A stretch of 64,000 nucleotides of DNA from an uncultured Gemmatimonadaceae bacterium (GTDB taxonomy: Bacteria > Gemmatimonadota > Gemmatimonadetes > Longimicrobiales > Gaopeijiaceae), in contig CAZZEL010000001.1 in NCBI GenBank assembly GCA_964652625.1, forward strand, positions 23,813 through 87,812, given 5' to 3'. Positions 45,815 through 53,907 of this stretch are shown piece after piece. The position numbers and the translations under genes are program-made. The notes beneath the pieces are model-generated. The model searched no databases and was not told the DNA's origin. It saw only the letters and a list, made by a program, of their open reading frames with translations. Every line of letters begins with the position of its first letter. The first letter of the stretch is position 1.

Positions 45815-45977
45815 TTGGATTCTCTACGGGTCCCTGCGGACGAGCCCCCAGAGCACCGAACCGGGGTTGTCCGAAGTCTCTTGAAGGATGTATCCCCTGC
45901 GGTGCAGGCGCAAGAAGAAACCCGCCTCACGCCGGGAAATGGCAGCCGGCAAGACCAACAGGGATCCCCGGCATCTC

Positions 45978-46027
45978 ACAGGGCGTTTCAGCTGAAACGC
46001 CCTGTCGGAGGCGTCTCCGGGGAGACG
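45978..46027. repeat. 28-nt perfect palindrome followed by a second short hairpin in a divergent intergenic region
   Basis: ACAGGGCGTTTCAGCTGAAACGCCCTGT (45978..46005) is its own reverse complement. CGTCTC-CGGG-GAGACG follows at 46012..46027. Confidence 0.8.
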
Positions 46028-46244
46028 TGTCGGTAGTCGTTCCGGGCCACGGACATGCACGGCCAGCAGTTCACGGACAGCCGAATTCTGCGGGTGAGGG
46101 GAGGATAGGAGAGGTCGCGACGAGAAGGCCCGCGTTGGCCATCCCCGAGGCGGGCTCCGGGCCCGGTCCTGTGTCCGTTGCCCATCCCTCGGGCGAACGG
46201 TAGGGTTCCCACCACCACCCACTCGACTCTCTCAGGGGTTGGTC

Positions 46245-46634
46245 ATGACGCAGCATGTGAAGGTCCTGAGCATCCTGTACCTGATCCTCGGCGTCCTGGG
46301 TCTTCTGGCATCCGCCATCACCCTCCTGGCTATCGCCGGCGGGGGCCTCATCGGCACGATCTCCTCCGGCGAGCTGGCTCCGGCTCTCATCACGGGGGCC
46401 ATCGGCACCGCCATCGCCGGCTTCATCTTCATCATCTCCATCCCGAACATCATCTGCGGCTGGGCCATGCTGAAGTACAAGCCCTGGGGGCGGGTCCTCG
46501 GCGTGATTCTCTCCCTCCTCAACCTCGTCAACTTCCCCATCGGTACGCTCCTGGGCATCTACGGTCTGTGGGTGTTGACGAACGACGAGACGGCCCAGCT
46601 CTTCCGGCGACAGGCGAGGGCACCGGCCTTCTAG
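46245..46634 (+). CDS. Small integral membrane protein (about four TM helices), unknown function
   Basis: ATG at 46245 (TTG at 46239 is also possible). Gly/Ile/Leu-rich hydrophobic segments. No family recognised. Confidence 0.55.
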   Translation: MTQHVKVLSILYLILGVLGLLASAITLLAIAGGGLIGTISSGELAPALITGAIGTAIAGFIFIISIPNIICGWAMLKYKPWGRVLGVILSLLNLVNFPIGTLLGIYGLWVLTNDETAQLFRRQARAPAF

Positions 46635-46889
46635 GAAGCCGGACGGATCGTCCGCGAAGCCCTACGCAGGGACATCCCGACCCCCCAATCCACAACATCT
46701 GACAATAGCTCAGCAGGTTGTCGCTCCCCCTGGAGCATTGAGTGGTAAAGGCCATCTTGGGGAATCCGGCACTCCAAGGCCACCAGATGAACCGAGATCA
46801 TGTCAGCTGCGAATGGCCTGGGGAGGGACTGCCGGGGAAGGCCCGGGTTACGCAGATCGAAATCACGAACCGTAACACGCCAGGGCCCG

Positions 46890-47087
46890 TCATAGAACGG
46901 CCACAGTCACCCTGACGGACTTCGAAGACGGCCGCACCGTGGCCGAGGCCGCTTCCGACGAGGGGGCGAGCCTCCGCTCCCGTGAAGCCGGGCCGCTACT
47001 GGCGGCAACCGTCATCCGGTGGCGTCGGGCGACCCGCCGACGGTCCGATCCCGATTCCTGGTAGTACTGCACCTTCCCGACCACCAC
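46890..47087 (-). pseudogene. Fragment of a ribbon-helix-helix (CopG/VapB-like) antitoxin gene
   Basis: Encodes ...[24 protein letters not shown]..., matching [33 protein letters not shown] of the ORF at 63316. Similarity stops after helix 1, so helix 2 is missing. It lies in a 590-nt gene-poor, lower-GC patch. Confidence 0.35.
47003..47039 (-). repeat. Left copy of a 37-nt perfect inverted repeat
   Basis: The reverse complement of 47003..47039 equals 63367..63403 exactly (CGGCGGGTCGCCCGACGCCACCGGATGACGGTTGCCG). Flanking bases differ on both sides. Confidence 0.9.
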
Positions 47088-47223
47088 GTATTCCGGCGGA
47101 GCAAGCCAGATTGCAGCATCCTCTTCAGCGGGATCCCCACCCTACTCGCCGGAAAGCCCGGCGGTGCACACCAGCGCCCGGGCCATCGGCCGGCCCCAGA
47201 GGGCTCGGCTTCCTCTCCGGTCG

Positions 47224-50070
47224 TCAGCCGGGATCCCGGGCTCTTTCCAGGGCACGCTCGGCAAACCGGGTTTCCGGGGCTTCGGGGCCCTTCACCTCCA
47301 GGAGGCGGGCGTATCCCTCCTCCAGCAGCGGCAGGGCTTCGTTCCGCCGGCCCCTCTCCACCAGGATCGCACCGAGCTGTGATCTAGTGATGGCGAGCAC
47401 CCAGGAGTCGGACGGGAGGCGTTCGAGTCGGTACTCCAGGGCGTGCCGGGTCTGCCGCTCGGCCTCAGCCATGCGTCCCATTCGAAAGAGGAGCAGCCCG
47501 TATTCGGTCTTCCGGGCAGCGTGCGCCGGGGAGTCCGGGTCCAGGTTCCGGTTCTGGAGCGCTGCCGCCGAGTCGAGGAGGGCCATGGCCTCGTCGTATC
47601 GTCCCTGGGCGGAAACGGCACTCGCAACGTTGACCATGTCCTGAGCGACGAACGGGTGCTCCTCCCCCAGCGTCCGACGATCGATGTCCAGGGTCTGACG
47701 GTAGAGCGGCTCGGCGGCGGCGGGGTCCCCTTTGTCCTTGTACACCGCCGCCAGGTTGTTGAGGGAGCCAGCGGTCCTGGAGTGGTCCTCGCCGTAGAGC
47801 TTCCTCTGGAGCGGCAGGGACATCTCGTGGAATGCGATGGCTTCGTCCAGCTTCCCCTGGTCGTGGAGAATGTTGGCGAGGTTGTTATGGGCCATGGCGA
47901 CGTGCTGGTGCTCCGGGCCCAGGGAGGAGCGAAAGATGTCCAGAGCCCGGCGCTGGTACGCCTCGGCCTGGGCGGGAAGACCCTGTTGCTTCAGGGCGGA
48001 AGCGATGTTGTTGAGGGATACCCCCACCGTTGGGGAGTCGGCCCCATGCACCTGCTCCTGACCCTTCAGGGCTTCCATGGCCAGGGCGTGGCCTTCCTCG
48101 AACTTGCCAATGTGGGACAAGAACTGAGCCAGGTTCGAAATGCTACGGAGGAGGTTGGGTGAGAGGGGGTTGGACTCGGCCCGCCTCGCGGCCAGAACCT
48201 CACGGAACCGAAGCTCGGCAAGATCGTAGTTGCCGGCCGCGTACTCCAGGCGGGCCAGGTTGTTTTTGACCCTGAGGTGGATGTCGGAGTCGATGGATTG
48301 GGAACGCTCCGCCCGCTCCAGGGCTTCCACCAGCATGAGGCGGGCTTCGGCAAAAAGCTCGCGCTCGAAGTACACCAGACCCAGGGCATTCCAACCGTTG
48401 ACGACCTCCGGTGCGGTGGGGGGCAGCAGGGCCGTGAATTGATCCAGTGCCTCTCTCAGGAGGACCTCGGCCTCCTCGAACCGGGAGGAATTCCGCAGGG
48501 CGCTGCCTAGCTGGCCGGCCGCCGCGGCCAGAGCCAGGTCGGGTGGCGTTCGCGTGGCCCGCAGGTGCTCGTAGGGCCCCCGCAACAGCTCCGCGGCTCG
48601 ATCGTCGAGACGCATGGCCGCATAGACCTTTCCGATGGCCCCGAGCATGGTGGCTCGAACGTCCGGCACGCCGGCCAGCTCACGTTGGGCGGTTTCGGCC
48701 CCTCTCTCCAGGAGCTCCTGGACGGTTATGCTCCGGCCCATGGTTTCCGAGGGGCTGGCCTGCTGGAACAGGCCGGTGAGGAACTCCACCACCTCGCTGG
48801 ACCGCCGGGCCTCGAGCTGGGCCAGGTCACGCTGCTCCTGGAGTCGGCCTGTGTAGAACCCCACGGTCCCCGTGATGGCCACGATGGCCGCTGCCGCGGC
48901 TGCGGAGGCGGCGCGATTACGCTGCACCAGCTTCCGCAGGCGATAGGAAACGGAATCGCCCCGGGCCCTGACGGGATGTCCCGTCAGGAACCGACGAATG
49001 TCCTCGGCGAGCTCGCCGACCGAGGCATACCTGCGATCCGGGTCTTTCCTGAGGGCCATGAGGCAGATGTTGTCGAGATCCCCGGCCATCGCCCCCGTGA
49101 GCTCCAGGCGGTCCGAGCCGGTATTGGCGGCGCTGGGGCGGATGGGGTCCTCGGTGAGGATGGCACGCTCCAGCTCCTGCGACGACAGGTTGGAAGGGAA
49201 AGGCCGGCGCCCGGTGATGAGCTCATAGAGGATCAGCCCCAAACCATAGATGTCCGTGGCCGTGGTCACGGGGCTTCCGCGCACCTGTTCAGGAGATGCG
49301 TAGGTCGGCGTCATGGCGCGGGTGCCGGTGCGGGTCATGCCCGGGTCCTCCGCCTCGTCCAGAAGCTTGGCGATTCCGAAGTCCACGAGCTTCACGACGC
49401 CTTCGTCGCTCACCAGGATGTTGTTCGGCTTCAGGTCCCGGTGCACCACCAGGTTCCGGTGAGCGAACTGGACGGCATCGCACACCGTGAGGAAGAGCCA
49501 CACCCGGTCCTCGATGTCGAGGCGGTTCTCGCCGGCCCATGTCATGATGTCCCGGCCCTGGACGAACTCCAGGGCGAACCAGGGCCGCCCATCGTCGGTG
49601 ACCCCTCCGTCCAGGAGGTGGGCGATGTTCGTATGGGTCAGCCGGGCCAGGATCTGTCGTTCAGCCCGGAAGCGCTCCGTGATTTCGGCCGTGGCAAGAC
49701 CCTGCCGCACCAGCTTGAGGGCCACCTTCTGCTGGAACTCCCCATCTGCCCTCTCTCCGACATAGACGGCCCCCATCCCGCCCTCACCCAGCAGCCGATC
49801 CAACCTGTAGGGGCCAATGGTGGTTCCCAGGAGGGGGTCACGGGGCACCGCCGCATCCGGGCTCTCCACGGGAACGCCCGCGGCGTGAAAAGCATGGCCC
49901 TGGAGAACGGAGGTGGGATCTGCGTCGGCCTCCACAAGGCGACGAACCTCAGCCCACAGTTGGGGATCGTCGGCCGCCATCTCCTTGAAGAAGGCATCCC
50001 GGTCCGGCCCTTCAAGGGATAGGCCTCGCTCGAACGCCTTCCTGACCTGCAGCCACTTCTCCTGGTCCAT
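47224..50070 (-). CDS. Ser/Thr protein kinase with a TM segment and a long C-terminal TPR array
   Basis: ATG at 50070 (MDQEKWLQVRKAFE...). Hanks motifs LGEGGMGAVY, VALK, HRDLKPNNILV, DFGIAK and SPEQ. One TM helix followed by more than 10 TPR-like repeats. Confidence 0.9.
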   Translation of the reverse strand: MDQEKWLQVRKAFERGLSLEGPDRDAFFKEMAADDPQLWAEVRRLVEADADPTSVLQGHAFHAAGVPVESPDAAVPRDPLLGTTIGPYRLDRLLGEGGMGAVYVGERADGEFQQKVALKLVRQGLATAEITERFRAERQILARLTHTNIAHLLDGGVTDDGRPWFALEFVQGRDIMTWAGENRLDIEDRVWLFLTVCDAVQFAHRNLVVHRDLKPNNILVSDEGVVKLVDFGIAKLLDEAEDPGMTRTGTRAMTPTYASPEQVRGSPVTTATDIYGLGLILYELITGRRPFPSNLSSQELERAILTEDPIRPSAANTGSDRLELTGAMAGDLDNICLMALRKDPDRRYASVGELAEDIRRFLTGHPVRARGDSVSYRLRKLVQRNRAASAAAAAAIVAITGTVGFYTGRLQEQRDLAQLEARRSSEVVEFLTGLFQQASPSETMGRSITVQELLERGAETAQRELAGVPDVRATMLGAIGKVYAAMRLDDRAAELLRGPYEHLRATRTPPDLALAAAAGQLGSALRNSSRFEEAEVLLREALDQFTALLPPTAPEVVNGWNALGLVYFERELFAEARLMLVEALERAERSQSIDSDIHLRVKNNLARLEYAAGNYDLAELRFREVLAARRAESNPLSPNLLRSISNLAQFLSHIGKFEEGHALAMEALKGQEQVHGADSPTVGVSLNNIASALKQQGLPAQAEAYQRRALDIFRSSLGPEHQHVAMAHNNLANILHDQGKLDEAIAFHEMSLPLQRKLYGEDHSRTAGSLNNLAAVYKDKGDPAAAEPLYRQTLDIDRRTLGEEHPFVAQDMVNVASAVSAQGRYDEAMALLDSAAALQNRNLDPDSPAHAARKTEYGLLLFRMGRMAEAERQTRHALEYRLERLPSDSWVLAITRSQLGAILVERGRRNEALPLLEEGYARLLEVKGPEAPETRFAERALERARDPG

Positions 50071-50249
50071 GCGTGTGTCCTGCTGGGGGGGCGAGACGGA
50101 GACCATTCCGTCGAACCGATGCGCTGGTGGGTGGATCGGGTAGGGATACCCAGGCGTCGCGTCGAGGTTCAGCTCCTCGTTGACACGGTCTTTCCGGAGA
50201 TTCCGCGTATTCCGACGAACCCCTCTCGAACCTGCCGTCTCGATGGAGG

Positions 50250-50894
50250 ATGATGAAGATGAGCAACCGCACGAACCGCTGGCCCGCCTACCGCCTTTAC
50301 CCCCTCCTGGCCCTGATGGCCGCCTTGGGCACCGGGACCCATCTGTCGGCCCAGCAGGCGGACGTTTCCACTCCGGATCCGGCTCCGCAACGGGCAGGGC
50401 TCCACTTCTCCATTGGGCTCGGGAGTGCCTCGGTGTCGGCATCCTGTCCCGGGTGTGACGTGGATTTCTTCACTGACCGGATCAATGGGTTTTCCGGGAA
50501 TATCCAGCTCGGTGGTTCGCTGAGCCCCAGTCTGGTGATGGCAGCCGAGTTTACCGGTTGGATCCGAAACGACCAGCCCATCTATCGCCGGATCGCGGCT
50601 CTGAATCTGGTGCTCCTCGGCTACCCAAGCCGATCCGCAGGCTTCTTTGTGAAGGGAGGAGCCGGAGTACTGCGGGCCATTGCCGAGGACGACGTCTTTC
50701 TGGCCCAGACCGATGCGTTCACCGCCGTGACCGGGGTGGGGTACGACATCCCCCTGGGGGAGACCGTCAAGCTCACGGCCTACGCGAACTACATCCGGAC
50801 CTTCGCCGGTGAGACCTGGTTCAACGGCGTGGTCAGCCCCGTGGTGGTCACTCCCGATGCCATCCAGTTCGGGGCGGCGCTGACCATCCATTGA
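50250..50894 (+). CDS. Small outer-membrane beta-barrel protein
   Basis: Signal peptide ...GTHLSAQQ. Alternating amphipathic strands with an aromatic residue near the C-terminus (IQFGAALTIH). The start may be at 50259. Confidence 0.6.
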   Translation: MMKMSNRTNRWPAYRLYPLLALMAALGTGTHLSAQQADVSTPDPAPQRAGLHFSIGLGSASVSASCPGCDVDFFTDRINGFSGNIQLGGSLSPSLVMAAEFTGWIRNDQPIYRRIAALNLVLLGYPSRSAGFFVKGGAGVLRAIAEDDVFLAQTDAFTAVTGVGYDIPLGETVKLTAYANYIRTFAGETWFNGVVSPVVVTPDAIQFGAALTIH

Positions 50895-50999
50895 GCCAGC
50901 GGGATGTGGGGCGGACACAAAGAGAAAGGGGATCGTGGTGGAGGGGGGCTTGCCGGATGGAGGAGGGCTCGCCGGTTCGGCCGGGGAGCCCTTTCCCCC

Positions 51000-51557
51000 T
51001 CAGGGTCTCAGCTCGGCGGTGAGGAAGGCCCGTGCCGTTCGCCAATCCCTGTTCACCGTGGAAAGAGAGATCCCCAGGACCTGGGAGATCTCCTCCAGGG
51101 TGAGGCCACCGAAGAAGCGAAGCTCCACAACCTGCTCACAGCGCTCATCCAATTCAGCCAGTCGACGCATGGCCTGGTCGATGCCCAGGATCTCCTCGAG
51201 GTTGGACTCCGTCCCGGCGCTATCGTCACCCAGCGTGACCAGAGGCGCCCCTCCCCCCCGCTTCTCCGCCTTCCGGGCGATGGCATGGTCCAGGAGGATC
51301 CTTCGCATGGCCGTGGCCGCGATAGCGAAGAAGTGGGCACGGTTCTTCCAATCCACCCGGTCCTGGTTCACCAGCTTGAGGTAGGCTTCGTGGACCAGAG
51401 CGGTGGCGCTCATGGTGTGCCCCCCCCGCTCTGCCCGGAGCCGTGCGGCGGCCACGCCTTTCAGCTCCTCGTAGACCTTTGGGAACAGGAGGTCCACGAC
51501 CCGTTCCCCCTCCTGATCCAGGCTCAGCAGCAGCTCGGTGACGTCGCCATGTCCCAT
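51000..51557 (-). CDS. ECF sigma factor of the TIGR02999 / kinase-associated type
   Basis: ATG at 51557 (MGHGDVTELL...). Family-typical VYEELKGVAAARLRAERGGHTMSATALVHEAYLKLV. Region 4 HTH LTLEEISQVLGISLSTVNRDWRTARAFL. Confidence 0.85.
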   Translation of the reverse strand: MGHGDVTELLLSLDQEGERVVDLLFPKVYEELKGVAAARLRAERGGHTMSATALVHEAYLKLVNQDRVDWKNRAHFFAIAATAMRRILLDHAIARKAEKRGGGAPLVTLGDDSAGTESNLEEILGIDQAMRRLAELDERCEQVVELRFFGGLTLEEISQVLGISLSTVNRDWRTARAFLTAELRP

Positions 51558-51946
51558 GCCAGCCCTCCCATGACACGATCTGGGGAAACCCCCTGTGTTC
51601 GCCCATGTACCCACAGGTTCCGGCCCCGATCCGTGGGCCCGAGAAAGACCGGAGGAGAATCATGCGACCCCGGACCGCCCTGGCCTCCCACACCAGAGCC
51701 ATCACCATGGGAGCCACCAGCGCGTGTCAGATCAAGCTGTCCTGTGACGCCACGTGGACGGAGCGGAAGGTGCCGGTGGGCTGAGACCTGTGGGAAGCCG
51801 CCTCAGACTCCGAAGAATGCATCAACGCCCCTCGATGATCCCGTCTCTGGACCGACCGCCTGAGTGCGAAGAATGGCACGGGTCGATATGGGTCCATATG
51901 TTAGACGCATCACCAACAGTGCAGCACCTCTTGAAGGAGGCATAGG

Positions 51947-52777
51947 ATGAGACGCCAGGGTTCGTTGGTCGCTCTCATGTTCGTGGCAGGCGCGATGGCT
52001 GCACACCCTGCCGACGCCCAGCAGGACCGTGAGGGCTGTGAGGATCATCCCATCATCAACAGGCTGGAGGGCTTCTACATCGAGGGATGCAAGGAGGAGC
52101 CCTTCGGAAGCTACGAGTTCATGACGCCCGACGGTCGCAAGGCGGTGGAGGGCCACTTCATCTCCGTCTCGTACCGCCGCCCCGGCAGTGAACCCGAGAT
52201 GTCCGGCCTGGAGATGATCCGAAACCACACCCAGGCCATCCAGGCCATCGGCGGAGAGATCGTCTACGAGGGCCGGTGGTCCGCATCCATGAAGGTCCTG
52301 GTGGGCGACCGTAATGTCTGGATGGAGGTGTCGCCGTATGGCAACCGCGCCTACCGGCTCGACTTCATCGAGCAAGAGGCCATGACCCAACAGCTGGTTG
52401 CCGACGCCGAAGCCCTTCTGGCAGATCTGGAGCGGGTGGGTCACGTGGTGCTCGGCGGCATTTTCTTCGACACCGACAAAGCCGTGGTGAAGCCGGAGTC
52501 CCAGGCCGCATTGACCGAGATTGCCAGCCTCCTGGAAGCCAATCCGGGAGTCACGGCATTCATCGTGGGACACACCGACATGACGGGGGACCTGGACCAC
52601 AACCTCGATCTATCGAATCGACGTGCAGCTGCGGTGATCGAAGCCCTCGTGGCGGGCCATGGGATCTCCCGGGAGCGTCTGACTCCCCGGGGTGTGGGGC
52701 CCCTCGCCCCGGTGGCGTCCAACGAAACCGAGACCGGGAGGGCGCTGAATCGCCGAGTCGAACTGGTCAAGAGATAG
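51947..52777 (+). CDS. OmpA-family (peptidoglycan-binding) protein with an N-terminal DUF4892-like domain
   Basis: GGAGG lies 7 nt before the ATG. Signal peptide. OmpA_C motifs FDTDKAVVKPES, GHTDMTGDLDHNLDLSNRRAAAV and NRRVELV. Confidence 0.85.
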   Translation: MRRQGSLVALMFVAGAMAAHPADAQQDREGCEDHPIINRLEGFYIEGCKEEPFGSYEFMTPDGRKAVEGHFISVSYRRPGSEPEMSGLEMIRNHTQAIQAIGGEIVYEGRWSASMKVLVGDRNVWMEVSPYGNRAYRLDFIEQEAMTQQLVADAEALLADLERVGHVVLGGIFFDTDKAVVKPESQAALTEIASLLEANPGVTAFIVGHTDMTGDLDHNLDLSNRRAAAVIEALVAGHGISRERLTPRGVGPLAPVASNETETGRALNRRVELVKR

Positions 52778-53011
52778 GGGCTCAGGCTCGGCGGGTCAAA
52801 GACCACATCTGACAGGTCGCTGAAAAGGGGACGAGCCGCTTATCGTGGGTCAGAAGGTCAGATGCAAGGCGGCGCGGCCTCCGACTCTTTGCCGGCCTCA
52901 CCCACTCGGAGATCGCGGAACCCCCGGGGCGAGTCGGTCCCCACCGTGGAGCGGGACTGGCGGGTGGCCCGGGCCTATCCGGCCCGGGCCTTGGCCTGAA
53001 GGTGCCGTTGG

Positions 53012-53440
53012 TCAGAACGCCTTGGTCAGCTCCACCGAGGCATTCTCAACCAGGGTCCGACCGCCATCGCACGGGGGCGACTCGCTGAAGCGCACCATCC
53101 GGCCCGCCAGACTGGCGGCTTCGTTCTGGAGCTGCATGTCGGGGCTCGCCAGACGTGAGCAGTCGGCCTCCCGGAGGTCGGTGGACCACTCGAACGTCCC
53201 GGTGGCGTCCACGGTACCGGTCAGGGGATACTCTCGAGGCCCCACCGTAAGAGTCCCGGAAACGTTGGATCCGGCCTGGGTCAGATCCATCTGTGCACTG
53301 GCGCCGCGGAATTCACCGTTCCAGACTCCGGCCACCGACGGGCCTTCCGGTCCGGTGCTCGAGTCGTCACAGGCGATGAGGCCGGAGACGAGCAGGAGGG
53401 CGAGAAGCGTGAGGGCATGGGGCGTCGTTCGCTTGTGCAT
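53012..53440 (-). CDS. Lipoprotein, unknown function
   Basis: Signal peptide with lipobox LVSGLIAC. 142 aa. No family recognised. Confidence 0.5.
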   Translation of the reverse strand: MHKRTTPHALTLLALLLVSGLIACDDSSTGPEGPSVAGVWNGEFRGASAQMDLTQAGSNVSGTLTVGPREYPLTGTVDATGTFEWSTDLREADCSRLASPDMQLQNEAASLAGRMVRFSESPPCDGGRTLVENASVELTKAF

Positions 53441-53907
53441 GATGCTGCTCCTGAGGGGAGGGTTGTCTTCTGGTACTCACCCCGAAACGCGGAATCGGCC
53501 CCCGTTCCGTGTCACGGCTCCTCCAAGTGGAGAGGGGTGCCGTGCCCACTACCTCACACCCAATCCTGTTCCGGCTACCCTCATCTGGCGGCGCCCGGGC
53601 CATGAGGTGGATCCGCTCCGCCGGTGGAAAGCCCGAAGAGGTCGCCCGGGAAGCCTCCCCCGACGACCTCGACCAGACGCCCGAGTTCGATCCCACTGAG
53701 CCCGAGCCCGTTCCCAACGGCCGTCGGAAGCATCTTCCAAGACGGATTCCGGAACGGATGCGGGAGCAGCTTCCGGAATGCCTTGCTGGCGTTCTTCGCG
53801 AAAAATTTTTACCTTGAAGCGTTGACGGCGCCGAGGGTTTGTACGGCGCCGTCTTTCCAAGCCTCCCTTTTCATCGTCCGGAGGCCATCTCCCCAGGGCC
53901 ATTATCC

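Noticed and set aside
45888-45995. 35-codon very basic micro-ORF (MYPLRCRRKKKPASRRE...) ending inside the 28-nt palindrome
   Set aside because: There is no spacing between the purine-rich stretch and the ATG, and no conservation evidence is available. It is mentioned only as a possible reason for a terminator-like structure there.
46706-46720. TAGCTCAGCAGGTTG, reminiscent of a tRNA D-arm (possible tRNA or tRNA-fragment att site)
   Set aside because: The flanking bases cannot form the D-stem (GCTC ... GTCG), and no acceptor stem, anticodon arm or T-arm can be drawn in 46680-46790. It is most likely coincidence.
52806-52865. CATCTGAC ... GTCAGATG inverted repeat after the OmpA-like gene, and a shared ACATCTGACA decamer with 46693-46702
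   Set aside because: The stem is only 8 bp with a loop of about 45 nt and no U-tract. A single shared decamer in 64 kb is within chance expectation.
53602-53817. Possible 71-aa ORF (MRWIRSAGGKPEEVAREASPDDLDQTPEFDPTEPEPV...RIPERMREQLPECLAGVLREKFLP) in the 467-nt spacer upstream of the pseudo-cyclase gene
   Set aside because: Part of the ORF has G/C-rich third positions and there is no competing gene. However, it has no SD, no recognisable family and low-complexity sequence, and codon bias fades in the second half. That is not enough to call a gene. Ribo-seq would settle it.
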